A stretch of DNA of 64,000 bases from Opitutia bacterium (GCA_050506795.1 JBJHCF010000009.1:32001-96000); one strand, 5' to 3'; positions 47,442-57,528 are shown, numbered from the stretch's first letter. The notes: generated by a model not told the origin, from the letters alone. Translations and numbers: made by a program.

Positions 47442-47712
47442 GATTTTTACTGGAGTTCTCACACCGGGCTTCGTCCGGAAACAGAAGTTTTCTCCAAGTG
47501 AGATCGGAACGAATCCGATATAGAATTTTTAGAGACAATGAAGCAGAACTGAATACAGCAATCAGGCCGAGCTGAGTCAATCGAAAAGACCGCTGTCTCA
47601 AGCCATATCTTTATTTGACGCAAAACTCCCCTGGCCAAACATACCGCTTCCAACGCGGTCTATATGGTGCACCCCCCGACAGCCTCGTTTACTTCGAACG
47701 CTGGAACACTTA

Positions 47713-49095
47713 TCAACTGCTGCTTCGTGCCGGCCGATTGCCACAGCGCAATTCCCCCAGCACGTCGAAAAAGTGGGGGAAGGTTTTGGCGCAGCAGCCG
47801 GGGTCTTTGATGTTTAACCAGGGTTTGCCGTCGCCTCGCAGGTCATGGCTGCCCAGAATGGCGAAGCTCATGGCGACCCGATGATCGTTGTAGGTGGTGA
47901 TTTCCACGTCCGGGATCAACGGGGCTGGGTGGATTTCCAGGGAATCTTCCGTTTCCCGGACTCCCTGACCCAGTTTGCGCAGCTCGAAGGACATGGCGTG
48001 CACCCGGTCGGTTTCCTGTTTCCGGGTGTGGGCGATGCCGCTGATCCGCGTGGGACCGTCCAGCAGCGGCGCGATAGCCGCCAGCGTCAGAAAGGTATCC
48101 GAGATCGCGGTGAAATCGCGATCCACGCCCTTTGGTCGCGCGGTTCCCGCGGGCCGGCGGGCCCAGAGACCCTCCGGTTTGGCGTTGATCTTCGTGCCGG
48201 TGGCGGCGAGCACCTCGGCAAAATCGACATCCCCCTGAAGCCCGGAAAAGCGCATGTCGCGCACCAGCACCTCACCTCCAACCGCGGTGGGCAGGGCCAG
48301 AAAGTAACTCGCAGCGGTGGCGTCGCCTTCCACCGGGTACAATCCGGACAGGGGAGGGCGGTAAGGATTGCCTGCGGTCACGGAAAAGGTGTCGCCCGTC
48401 TTGGTCTGGTAAAAGGGCTGACCGAACTGGTGCATCATGGCTTCGGTCATATTGACAAAAGGCCGGGAGACCGTGCCCGATTCGAGCTGGATTCGCAAAT
48501 CCGCCCGTGCCAGGGGGGCCACCAGGAGCAGGGCGGACAACATCTGGCTGCTGGCCTGGGCGTCGATGGTGATCTCGCCGCCGCGAAGACCGCGGGTTTC
48601 GATCTCCAGGGGAAATGACTCCCGTTCGGATGCGCTGATCCGCACCCCGAGGCGACGCAGAGCCGTCACTAACCCGGCCATGGGCCGATGTCGCATTTGC
48701 GGCACTCCATCCAGACGATACCGTCCACGGGAAGCCACCGCGCAGAATGCGGTGAGGAATCGGGCTGCCGTGCCCGCATTTCCCACGTGGAGGTCCGCCT
48801 TCTTCACCGGAATCACCCCTCCCTGCCCGTCGACCTCGATGGTGGCCGCGGTTTGGTCGTCGCGCACCGAAAACCCGAGATCCTTGAGCGCCTGGATCAT
48901 GATCAGGGTGTCCTCGCTGAACAGCGCGTTCTCCAGGCGGGTCGTACCCTCCGCCATGGCGGCCAGCAGCAGGGCGCGATTGGTGATGCTCTTGGACCCG
49001 GGAAGCGTCACCGCGCCGGAGACCGGCTGCGAGATGGGAACGATGGGCAAACTCCTGAGCATGGCGGGTTGAAATGGAATGAGGTTGGTCGGCAT
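47713..49095 (-). CDS. aroA: 3-phosphoshikimate 1-carboxyvinyltransferase
   Basis: PGSKSITNR, GNAGTAARF, SSQMLS, QETDR, DHRVAMSF and KTFP. Confidence 0.96.
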   Translation of the reverse strand: MPTNLIPFQPAMLRSLPIVPISQPVSGAVTLPGSKSITNRALLLAAMAEGTTRLENALFSEDTLIMIQALKDLGFSVRDDQTAATIEVDGQGGVIPVKKADLHVGNAGTAARFLTAFCAVASRGRYRLDGVPQMRHRPMAGLVTALRRLGVRISASERESFPLEIETRGLRGGEITIDAQASSQMLSALLLVAPLARADLRIQLESGTVSRPFVNMTEAMMHQFGQPFYQTKTGDTFSVTAGNPYRPPLSGLYPVEGDATAASYFLALPTAVGGEVLVRDMRFSGLQGDVDFAEVLAATGTKINAKPEGLWARRPAGTARPKGVDRDFTAISDTFLTLAAIAPLLDGPTRISGIAHTRKQETDRVHAMSFELRKLGQGVRETEDSLEIHPAPLIPDVEITTYNDHRVAMSFAILGSHDLRGDGKPWLNIKDPGCCAKTFPHFFDVLGELRCGNRPARSSS

Positions 49096-49128
49096 GTGAT
49101 AAAGCAGTCGATGAACCGGATCTCCGGG

Positions 49129-49971
49129 TTACAGTTTGTCGCGATAGGCCTTGCCCCGGTCGAGAAAGTGGCGGGCCAGGTAGTAGTCCTCGTTGGCGAG
49201 GGCGGTTTGGAAGCCGTGAAGTTCGTCCTGATAAGCCCTTAGGGCTCGCAGGATCTCGGACCGGTTCTGCTGCAGAATTTCCCGCCACATCTCGGTGTTG
49301 CCCGCGGCGACCCGGGTGGTGTCTCGCAAACCGGTGCCGCCGAATTTGATCCACGACGGATCCTTGAGACCGAGAAAACTGCACAGGGTGGACGCGATGA
49401 CATGCGGCAGGTGACTGATGTGGGCGACGATTTCGTCATGGGCCTTGGGGTTGACGGTCATAACGTCCGCCTCCAGTGCCCGCCAGAAAGCGACCACCCG
49501 CTCGGCCGCATCGGGATCGCTTTCCTCCAGGGGCGTAACGAAACACGGCCGGCGAACGAACAGATCGTCCCGGGCATGCTCCATCCCTGACTTTTCCGAC
49601 CCGGCCATGGGATGGGAGCCGATAAATCGTCCCTTGTCCCCGAGCAGGTGATGGCTTTTGCGGCAGATGAGACTTTTTACGCTTCCGACATCCGTCACGA
49701 TCGCCCCCCGCGGCAAACTGCCACAAATCGCACCCACCAACTCTGGAATCCGTCCCACCGGAGTGCAGATAATCGTGAGCTCCGCTTCCCGGCAGGCCTC
49801 TTGCGGAGCCGAAAAGACACTGTCACACCAAGAGGTTTCTTTCAGCTGCAGGCGGGCCTCCGGCCGCCGGGCCCAGACGGAGATCTTATCGGCCACCCCA
49901 TGCTTGCGCACTGCCTGAGCCAATGAGGCGCCGAGCAACCCGGGAGCGAGTATGGAAATCTGTTTAAACAC
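49129..49971 (-). CDS. tyrA: Prephenate/arogenate dehydrogenase
   Basis: PGLLGAS, TDVGSVK, HPMAGSE, HD...SHLPH and GLRDTTRVA. Confidence 0.92.
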   Translation of the reverse strand: MFKQISILAPGLLGASLAQAVRKHGVADKISVWARRPEARLQLKETSWCDSVFSAPQEACREAELTIICTPVGRIPELVGAICGSLPRGAIVTDVGSVKSLICRKSHHLLGDKGRFIGSHPMAGSEKSGMEHARDDLFVRRPCFVTPLEESDPDAAERVVAFWRALEADVMTVNPKAHDEIVAHISHLPHVIASTLCSFLGLKDPSWIKFGGTGLRDTTRVAAGNTEMWREILQQNRSEILRALRAYQDELHGFQTALANEDYYLARHFLDRGKAYRDKL

Positions 49972-50139
49972 TTTTTCGCGGCTTTTGCGCGGCGCATGAA
50001 AGGACTGCACGGTCCCGATACTGCGGCCGCCGATTGTGCGGTGATGTTATTCCGTGAGCGTTCTTGAAATCAATGCAAACGAAATGCTATTATCTTGTCT
50101 TTTAGCCTTTGAATCTTTTTTTACGGCGACAGGAGCGAA

Positions 50140-51870
50140 ATGCCCTATAAAAAAACCATAAGCAAGCGAGAGAAGCTCAGGCGAGGAGCCTATGTTTTTT
50201 TCTTCTCAGTCATTCTCGGAGTCATCGGATTTATTTTTTATCTGATCTTCGAGCCTGGAGGCGGCCCCCGAGGACCGGTCGGAGCCCAAATCGAAGCGGT
50301 CGCCCCGGCGGAACGTCAAGCTCTGATGGAGGAAAGCCGTGAACTCGAGGCCCGGTTTCGTCAAATGACCTCCGGCGAGGAGCCGCCGAACGAGGAAGCC
50401 GTTGCGCTCCTGCGCCGGGCCTACGACAACCAGCGTCGCGCTCTGGTCAACAACCCGACCGCCCCCCAGGAAGAACGCAATCGTCTGGATCGCCTGCAAC
50501 GGGATCTGATGGAATTCGAAGGCGCCTACCTGGGACGCCGGGTGGCGAACCTGCGGGAGGAAGCCGCGAACCTGCGGGCCGAAGGCGACTTCGATGGCGC
50601 CATTCTTCTCCTGCGGGAAGCTCAGGAGGCACAGGAACGCATCAACCGGGAAATGCGAAATTCGCCGCACGCCAGCACCGCCGCCGCCACCTCGCTCGCG
50701 CGGGACATCGTCAATTGGCGGGCCGAACCGCTGGTTCGCCTCAGCCGGGAATCGGAGGACCTGGCACGGACCGCGGTGCGCGAGGAACGTTGGGCGGATG
50801 CGCTGGAGTATTTCACCGACGCCCGCGACGCCCAGGTCAGGATCAACGAGGAGTTTTCCCGCACCCCGTTTGTCAATCGCACTCGCGTTACCAGTCTCGA
50901 ATCGGAAATCGCCGACCTCCGCACCCATGAAATCCGCGCGGCCATCAATTCCAGCCGGGAATCGGGTTCTCAACTGCTGGCCGAAGGTTCCTTCGCCATG
51001 GCTGCCGAGCATTTTGCGCAAGCCGCGGCACGTCAACGAGAACTCAATCGCGAGTTCCCGGGAAGCCGCTTCGCATCCAGCGCAGCGCTCCGCGAATTGG
51101 AGGCGGCCCGGGAAACGGCGCTTAGCGGTGATCTGGCGAACCAACTGAACGCGGCGGTGGAAGCCCTTGAAACCAGCCTCCGCGACTGGCGCGGTCTCGA
51201 AGCCGTGCAACACCTGAACACCGCACTCACCGCCAGCGAAAGGTTGCGGGCCGATTACCCGCTGAGCGAGTTCCGCGACGAAGATCTGGCCTTCCGCATC
51301 ACCTACCTGGACAGCGTGCGCGGCCGCCTGCCGGACCTCCTGGAGGACATCAGCCCAAACCTGCGTCCGGTTCCGGAGCACCCCGGCAGCTCCATTTTTT
51401 CCCGAGAGGTCTCCCAGGAACTGTACCGCGCCGTGATGAACCGCAATCCCAGCCGCCAGATCGGTGAGCAACTCCCGGTCGACTCGGTCAACTGGGACGA
51501 AGCGGTCGAATTCTGTCGCCGCCTGTCGTGGGTGCTGGCCCGGGACGTTCGTTTGCCCACACGGGAGGAATTCCTCGCGGCGGCAACAGAAGGAGAAGCT
51601 GCCGCCGGACTGGCCTGGCACCTGACCAACAGCAACGGAGAATCTCATCCGGTAGCCGCCCGCGACCCCAACCGGCATGGAATCAACGACCTTTGGGGCA
51701 ACGTCGCCGAATGGCTCCAGCCGGCGGTTAACCGGCGCGCTCCGGTGGCGGGCGGCAGTTACGACGATAACCTGGCGGATCTAACCGAACCCCCAATCGA
51801 ACAGGTGGACACCAACCAGCGCTCGCGTTCCATCGGCTTCCGCTTCGTGGTGGAGATCGAAGAGCAATAG
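50140..51870 (+). CDS. Membrane-anchored protein with helical repeats and C-terminal FGE-sulfatase (SUMF1)-like domain
   Basis: N-terminal TM helix. EVSQ, PVDSVNWDEAVEFC, RLPTREE, PN..G..D..GNVAEW, GGS and IGFR motifs. Confidence 0.85.
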   Translation: MPYKKTISKREKLRRGAYVFFFSVILGVIGFIFYLIFEPGGGPRGPVGAQIEAVAPAERQALMEESRELEARFRQMTSGEEPPNEEAVALLRRAYDNQRRALVNNPTAPQEERNRLDRLQRDLMEFEGAYLGRRVANLREEAANLRAEGDFDGAILLLREAQEAQERINREMRNSPHASTAAATSLARDIVNWRAEPLVRLSRESEDLARTAVREERWADALEYFTDARDAQVRINEEFSRTPFVNRTRVTSLESEIADLRTHEIRAAINSSRESGSQLLAEGSFAMAAEHFAQAAARQRELNREFPGSRFASSAALRELEAARETALSGDLANQLNAAVEALETSLRDWRGLEAVQHLNTALTASERLRADYPLSEFRDEDLAFRITYLDSVRGRLPDLLEDISPNLRPVPEHPGSSIFSREVSQELYRAVMNRNPSRQIGEQLPVDSVNWDEAVEFCRRLSWVLARDVRLPTREEFLAAATEGEAAAGLAWHLTNSNGESHPVAARDPNRHGINDLWGNVAEWLQPAVNRRAPVAGGSYDDNLADLTEPPIEQVDTNQRSRSIGFRFVVEIEEQ

Positions 51871-51982
51871 CCGCTGGAACCCGCCTTGCGGCCATGAGTT
51901 GTCGGCCGGTTTGGATCAGTGACGATTTTTCTGAAATGGGCGTTGACAGGCCGGGGGGGCCGGGTTCTATTGTCGACCCTTT

Positions 51983-52108
51983 ATGAAAGTCGTAACTTCA
52001 CTGAAATCCGTAAAAAGCCGTCATCCCGGTTGCCAGGTTGTGCGCCGTCGCGGCAAAGTTTACGTCATCAACAAACTGAATCCTCGATTCAAAGCCCGCC
52101 AAAGGTAA
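51983..52108 (+). CDS. rpmJ: 50S ribosomal protein L36, type B (no zinc ribbon)
   Basis: Below the ORF-track length cutoff. Translates to [41 protein letters not shown]. Confidence 0.95.
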   Translation: MKVVTSLKSVKSRHPGCQVVRRRGKVYVINKLNPRFKARQR

Positions 52109-52130
52109 GGCAATCACCGACTTTTCTGCT

Positions 52131-52385
52131 GTGAAAAAGGATATCCATCCCACCCTGAACCACGTCGCTTTCGTCGACGTTGCTTCCGGAAAACGATTTC
52201 TCACTCGCTCCGTAGCCCGTTCTCCGCGCAAAGAGAGCATTGACGGCGTGGAACACTTCGTGATTCTTCGGGACATCACCTCCGATTCCCATCCGGCCTA
52301 CACTGGAGAAAAACGCATGGTCGACTCCGCCGGCCGCGTGGAGAAATTCGAAAAGAAATTCCGCCGCGTGCGCCGCAAGGACTGA
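52131..52385 (+). CDS. rpmE2: 50S ribosomal protein L31, type B
   Basis: MKKDIHP...FLTRS...DITSDSHPAYTG...DSAGRVEKF, with no cysteines. Confidence 0.95.
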   Translation: MKKDIHPTLNHVAFVDVASGKRFLTRSVARSPRKESIDGVEHFVILRDITSDSHPAYTGEKRMVDSAGRVEKFEKKFRRVRRKD

Positions 52386-52410
52386 CGCCCGAGCCAACTG
52401 TTTCTTTAAC

Positions 52411-52450
52411 GAAAAAGCCTTCCCGGGATCGGGAAGGCTTTTTCATTTTT
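52411..52450. terminator. Bidirectional Rho-independent terminator
   Basis: GAAAAAGCCTTCCCG-GGAT-CGGGAAGGCTTTTTC between the convergent L31 and DUF1015 genes. Confidence 0.85.
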
Positions 52451-52501
52451 CGCTGAGTGGCACAGCCGGCCACCGCACCGGGCGGGAGGATGTGACCCCC
52501 C

Positions 52502-53743
52502 TCAGTCCAAGGTGTGGACCACCAGACCGCTGCGCAGCTTGGGTTCGAACCAGGTGGTTTTGGGCGGCATGATGTTGCCGGTATCGGCGATGGTCATCAA
52601 CTGTTGCATGGTGACCGGGTACAAGGCGAAGGCGACCTTCATTTCTCCGCTGTCCACTCTTCGCTCGAGTTCCTCCATACCGCGGATGCCGCCGACGAAA
52701 TCGATTCGTTTATCCGTCCGCAAATCGCGAATCCCCAGAATTTCGTCCAGGACATGTTTCGACAGGGCGGTGACATCCAACGCCCCGATCGGGTCGTTGC
52801 CGTAGGCTTCCGGACGGGCCTTCAGAGCATACCACCGGCCCTCCAGGTACATGCCGAAGGTGCGCGGTTTCTCCGGTTTGGCGGGCCCCGGCCGAACCTC
52901 TTCCACATCGAAAAAGGCCCGCAGCTTTTCCAACAGGGCCGCCGCCTCGAGACCGTTGAGGTCCTTGACCACCCGGTTGTAGTCGATGATGTTCAACTGG
53001 TTGTCCGGAAACAGGACCGCCATGAAGAAGTTGTACTCCTCACTGCCGGTGTGTCCCGGATTGTTCTTCCGTTTTTCCGCGCCCACCAGCGCGGCCGCGG
53101 CGGTGCGGTGGTGTCCGTCCGCCACATAAAACGCCGGCACTTTGGCAAACAACTCCTCCAGTCGCTGGATGGTCGGATCGTGATCGATCAGCCAGAACCG
53201 GTGCCCGAACCCGTCATCGGCGACAAAATCGTATTCCGGCTCTCCGTCAACCACCACGCTGACGATACGATCGATTTCGTCGACCGCCGGATAGGTAAAA
53301 AAGACCGGCTCGGCATTGGCGTTGGTCACACGAACGTGCTTCATCCGGTCCTCTTCCTTGTCCTTGCGGGTGAGTTCATGCTTTTTGATGACCTCGTTGA
53401 GGTAATCCTCCACCGCGGCGCAGCCGACGATGCCGTACTGGGTCCGTTCGCCCCAGGTTTGGGCATACACGTAGTACATACGCTTGGGGTCTCGGACCAG
53501 AAACCCCTGGTCGACAAACCGGCGGAAATTCTCCCTCGCCTTGTTGTAAACCGCCTCGGAGTAATGATCCGTATCCTCCGGCAGTTCGATCTCCGGCTTT
53601 ACCACGCGCAGAAAACTGTGCGGATTGTCGCCGGCTTCACGGCGCGCTTCCTCCGAATCGAGGACATCGTACGGGCGCGAAGCGACCTCGCGGACCAATT
53701 GTTGCGGCGGCCGGTAGCCCTGGAATGGTTTCAGTATAGCCAT
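52502..53743 (-). CDS. DUF1015 family protein
   Basis: PYDV, IKKHELTR, YVADGHHR, YNRVV and MPPKTTWFEPKLRSGL. Confidence 0.92.
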   Translation of the reverse strand: MAILKPFQGYRPPQQLVREVASRPYDVLDSEEARREAGDNPHSFLRVVKPEIELPEDTDHYSEAVYNKARENFRRFVDQGFLVRDPKRMYYVYAQTWGERTQYGIVGCAAVEDYLNEVIKKHELTRKDKEEDRMKHVRVTNANAEPVFFTYPAVDEIDRIVSVVVDGEPEYDFVADDGFGHRFWLIDHDPTIQRLEELFAKVPAFYVADGHHRTAAAALVGAEKRKNNPGHTGSEEYNFFMAVLFPDNQLNIIDYNRVVKDLNGLEAAALLEKLRAFFDVEEVRPGPAKPEKPRTFGMYLEGRWYALKARPEAYGNDPIGALDVTALSKHVLDEILGIRDLRTDKRIDFVGGIRGMEELERRVDSGEMKVAFALYPVTMQQLMTIADTGNIMPPKTTWFEPKLRSGLVVHTLD

Positions 53744-53823
53744 AATTGTCTCTGGTGAAAAAAGGCCCACTTTTCCGGCAGGCGACCGGTCAAGGCAAGA
53801 ATAAAGGTCCGCGCCCTGTGACT

Positions 53824-53936
53824 GGTTCGTGGTTCCTGGTTCGTGGTTCTTGGCTTTTGTTTAACGGGAGGATGCGCCCCCATGACCAGTCCTCATTGGT
53901 GAAGCAACCAAGAACGAAGAACGAGGAACCACGAAC
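53824..53936. repeat. Inverted pair of heptamer-period arms (GGTTCGT/GGTTCCT)
   Basis: GTTCGTGGTTCCTGGTTCGTGGTTCTTGG matches the reverse complement of 53908-53936 at 26/29 positions. Confidence 0.75.
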
Positions 53937-54011
53937 AGGGCGCCGCCCGCCATTTTTTGCTTGGGATTGCCGCCCAACGGAATCATTGATGGAGCTTTCG
54001 CCTTTGCCGCT

Positions 54012-55358
54012 ATGAACGTCACCGGTCTCGCCATCGTCCCACCGCCAGACGCCTCCGCCATGCCGCGCGTCACGCCCGAATTGCTCGCCTCGGTTCTGGC
54101 CCGTTACTCCCGCAGCAACGACGGGTTGCAGGCCATTCTGGCCAAAGTCGATCTCGATGACCCGGATGCCTCCATCGACCGGATCCTTCGGTTCGTCGAC
54201 TACGGACACGCCTCCATCGGCGGCCTCACCGGCGGCATTGCAATGGCGGTGGATGATGTTTCCATGTGGCTGGCCTACAAGATGTTCGAAATCTCTCAAA
54301 TGGCCGATGGCCAGGAGTCGAGCACGCGCTACATCACCATGAGTTCGACCAACCTGCCGCAACCGGACGTGATTGGCTTGCCGCCGGAATTGGCCGATGA
54401 CTGGACCGGGTTAATGGCGGCTTCGTTCGAGGCCTACACGGAGGAGTACCAGCGGCTGGACCGGCTGGCGGAGAAGAACCCCGATGTGGTCCGGTACCCC
54501 AAAAATTCCAAACCGGCATTGATCCGCCGCCTGCGCAAGAACTTCGCCCTGGATCGCGCCCGCTATTTTGTGCCGTTCGCCACCCACACCAACCTTGCCC
54601 TGGTCATGTCCTCCCGAATGTGGGCGGAAACGGTCAAACACCTGGATTCCCTGCCCCAGCCGGAAGCCCGCCGCGCGGCGGAACTGCTGCGGAACGAACT
54701 GGAGAAAATTTCCCCCCGCCTGATGCGCCACAGTCGGCGGGATGCTTCATTCGCCGCCCAGGCAGAGGCGGACCTGGAATACAGTTTCGAAACCGGCCTC
54801 GCCGGTCTGTCTCCGGACCACCTGCCCGATCAGGTCTGGGTGAAAACCGATGCCGCCGCGCCCCCCTTTCTGCCGGAAACCCAGCGCGCGGCCGACGCCC
54901 TCCGCGACCGCGGCAACCGCTACAGCCGGGTGGGACGGGCTCTGCGACGGATGCGCGTGACCTTTGCGTGGAATAACCTGGCCGTGGCCGAACTGCGCGA
55001 TCTTAACCGTCACCGCACGGGTCACCGCTTTACCCCGCTCGTCCAGCATGGGTTTTATTTGCCCCCCGAGATCGACGCCGCGCGGCATCGGGAGCTCCTG
55101 GAACGGCAAACCAACCTGTTGAAACGTCTTTTGGAAATGCGTTCTCCGGCGTACCCCTACGCCCTGTTGCTCGGCAGCCAAACACCCTTCGAGCACAGCA
55201 CCCAGGCGGACAAGTTCGTGTATGAAGCGGAATTGCGCACGGGTATGGGCGCTCATTTCCGCTACGCCGAACACCTCGCCGCGGCGCTGCGGGAGTTCTA
55301 CAAGTCGGTTCCGGAAGTCCAGCCCTGGGTGCAGGAAGGAAAGGCCGAACCGGAGTGA
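54012..55358 (+). CDS. FAD-dependent thymidylate synthase (ThyX)-like protein, long two-domain form
   Basis: ARYSRS, YGHASIG, QESSTRY, DRARYFVP, RDLNRHRT and ELRT motifs. Confidence 0.75.
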   Translation: MNVTGLAIVPPPDASAMPRVTPELLASVLARYSRSNDGLQAILAKVDLDDPDASIDRILRFVDYGHASIGGLTGGIAMAVDDVSMWLAYKMFEISQMADGQESSTRYITMSSTNLPQPDVIGLPPELADDWTGLMAASFEAYTEEYQRLDRLAEKNPDVVRYPKNSKPALIRRLRKNFALDRARYFVPFATHTNLALVMSSRMWAETVKHLDSLPQPEARRAAELLRNELEKISPRLMRHSRRDASFAAQAEADLEYSFETGLAGLSPDHLPDQVWVKTDAAAPPFLPETQRAADALRDRGNRYSRVGRALRRMRVTFAWNNLAVAELRDLNRHRTGHRFTPLVQHGFYLPPEIDAARHRELLERQTNLLKRLLEMRSPAYPYALLLGSQTPFEHSTQADKFVYEAELRTGMGAHFRYAEHLAAALREFYKSVPEVQPWVQEGKAEPE

Positions 55359-55410
55359 CCCGGCGGCAAAGGCTTGATCTCGGGGTGATTTTCTCTCTAA
55401 TGAGCTGATC

Positions 55411-55971
55411 ATGCGGTTCCACGCGGTATATCATTTCGGACTATGCGCCTTGGTGCTGCTCGCGCCATCGCTCCTGCCGGCTCGCGATATCACCCAACCG
55501 GATTACTCTCGCCGGGTACCCTTCGAAGGGGAACGTCTTTCCTCGCCGTCGAGGACCTTTGAGCAAAACTCCGCCATTGCCGAAAAACGATTTCCGGTGA
55601 ACGAGTGGCATGCCCGCTACAGCACGATCGGCCGCCAGCGCGCCAACATTGAAATGACGGCCCGCGAACGTGAAGTTCTGGCCCACCGCACACTTTCCTT
55701 TGACCGAATCACCCCCTCGGTATCCCAATTCGATGGACGGCAGGCCTACCTGCGGAATTTGAACCAGGTCGAGCGCTCGGTGGACAGTCGCATCATGGAG
55801 GACGCCAGCGTCCGACGCTTCGATGGCCCCATGCGCGAGATTCAGGCCGAGGTGGGTGGAAGCGAAGACCTTTCCCTGAGCGACCTGAACCGGTTCTTTT
55901 ATATGCGCAACCGCCCCGGCGCCGACGGCTCCGGACCTCCGCCCGTCCAGCAACCGGGAGTAAGTCAGTAA
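55411..55971 (+). CDS. Hypothetical exported protein
   Basis: Signal-peptide-like N-terminus and fills the thyX-uvrC gap. No family recognised. Confidence 0.6.
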   Translation: MRFHAVYHFGLCALVLLAPSLLPARDITQPDYSRRVPFEGERLSSPSRTFEQNSAIAEKRFPVNEWHARYSTIGRQRANIEMTAREREVLAHRTLSFDRITPSVSQFDGRQAYLRNLNQVERSVDSRIMEDASVRRFDGPMREIQAEVGGSEDLSLSDLNRFFYMRNRPGADGSGPPPVQQPGVSQ

Positions 55972-55998
55972 TATGAACCGCTCCACCGGCTGAAATGC

Positions 55999-57528
55999 TT
56001 AGCCTGCTTCTGCCGGCGGCTCGGATTCTTTAGGTAAGCGCCCCTTAGATGATTCCTGGGCGGGAGTGTGAAGGAAGGCGTGGAGGCGGGCGGCGGATTG
56101 CGGTCCGATACCATCCACCTCGGCGATTTCGGCCGGCGTGGCGCGTTTCAGGCGTTGCATGGAACGAAAGCGGGCCATGACCGCTGCCTTGCGTTTGGGA
56201 CCGAGCCCGGGAAAATCGTCGAGGATCGATTCCCGGATCCTTTTGCTGCGAAGCTCCGCGTTGAACGTATTCGCAAAGCGGTGTGCCTCGTCGCGAATCC
56301 TTTGGAGCAGGCGCAAAGGTGCACTGTTGGAGGGCAGGTTGAGGGGGGCCCGTTCGTCGGGAAACACAATGGTTTCCTCCCGCTTGGCTAGACCGATCAG
56401 CGCTGGCGGCTGGAGGTTAAGGGAAAAAAACGCTTTCAGCGAGGCGTTCACCTGACCCTGTCCCCCGTCGATCACCACCAGGTCGGGAAACGGTTTTCCC
56501 TCCTCCGCCAACCGCCGGTAACGTCGCCCGACGACCTCCTCCATGGCCCGGAAATCGTCGTTTCCCTCGAAGGACCGGATCCGGTACCGCCGGTATTGGG
56601 TTTTGTCCGGACGGCCGTCGGTGAAACGCACCATGGAAGCCACGGAATAGGTGCCCGAGATATGCGAAATATCGAAACATTCAATTACCCTGGGTGATCG
56701 AGCCATTCCCAAAACCTCCATCAGTCCGGCCAGTTCTCCGCCGGGACGAACCCCGGCAAGCGGGTCGCGGGTAAACTTGCGGGTCTTGAGCAGGGTCTTT
56801 TCCAGGGCCAACACCACATCGCGCAACTCCGCCGCCATTTCGTACTGCCGTTTCTCCGCCGCCGTGGTCATGTCCGATCGCAGGCGCTCCAACCATTCCC
56901 GCGCCTTTCCCTCCATAAAGGCACAGGCGTTTTCCACCCGATCGCGGTACTCATCCGGCGAAACTTCGTTGGGAAACTCCGTCAGTTCGCGCCGAACGTC
57001 ATCGTACAGCCGAAAACGCCCGTCAGGAAGGCGGGCGGGTGAGGCATCCGCCAGGATCACGCCGAAACGTCGTCGCAATTCCTCGAGCGTTTTACGAAGC
57101 GGGCCGGCGTGAGCGAACGGGCCGAAGTAGCGTGAACGCTCGTCCGTGCGATGGCGCACCAGCCGAAAACGCGGAATGACCGCCTCCAGGTCCACCCGCA
57201 CCAGGAGAAAGCGTTTGTCGTCGGTGAAATCGGTGTTGTAGCGCGGTTTCCACTCCTTGATCAGGCGGCCCTCGAGAAGGAGCGCCTCCGACTCCGATTT
57301 AACCTCGATCACGTCAAAGTCCCGGATCATGGAAATCAGAGCCCGTATCTTCGGTTGGTGAATGCGGCTGCGCGATGGCTGGAAATAAGTGGATACGCGT
57401 TTTTTGAGATTCTTTGCCTTGCCCACATAGAGAATCGTCCCCAGCCGATCCTTCATGAGATACACTCCGGGACCGGAAGGCAGTTTCCTGACCTTTTCCT
57501 TGATTTTGCTGGCGCCGCTCTCTGGCAT
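55999..57528 (-). CDS. uvrC: Excinuclease ABC subunit C
   Basis: PGVYLM..YVGKAKNL (GIY-YIG), ECFDISH, IDGGQGQ, RDEAHRFA and the HhH motif GLGPKR. Confidence 0.96.
   Translation of the reverse strand: MPESGASKIKEKVRKLPSGPGVYLMKDRLGTILYVGKAKNLKKRVSTYFQPSRSRIHQPKIRALISMIRDFDVIEVKSESEALLLEGRLIKEWKPRYNTDFTDDKRFLLVRVDLEAVIPRFRLVRHRTDERSRYFGPFAHAGPLRKTLEELRRRFGVILADASPARLPDGRFRLYDDVRRELTEFPNEVSPDEYRDRVENACAFMEGKAREWLERLRSDMTTAAEKRQYEMAAELRDVVLALEKTLLKTRKFTRDPLAGVRPGGELAGLMEVLGMARSPRVIECFDISHISGTYSVASMVRFTDGRPDKTQYRRYRIRSFEGNDDFRAMEEVVGRRYRRLAEEGKPFPDLVVIDGGQGQVNASLKAFFSLNLQPPALIGLAKREETIVFPDERAPLNLPSNSAPLRLLQRIRDEAHRFANTFNAELRSKRIRESILDDFPGLGPKRKAAVMARFRSMQRLKRATPAEIAEVDGIGPQSAARLHAFLHTPAQESSKGRLPKESEPPAEAG

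Noticed and set aside
50081..50100. Zur box (GAAATGCTATTATC) controlling the downstream type-B ribosomal genes
   Set aside because: Only a half-site resemblance, not palindromic, and 1.9 kb from the L36 start.
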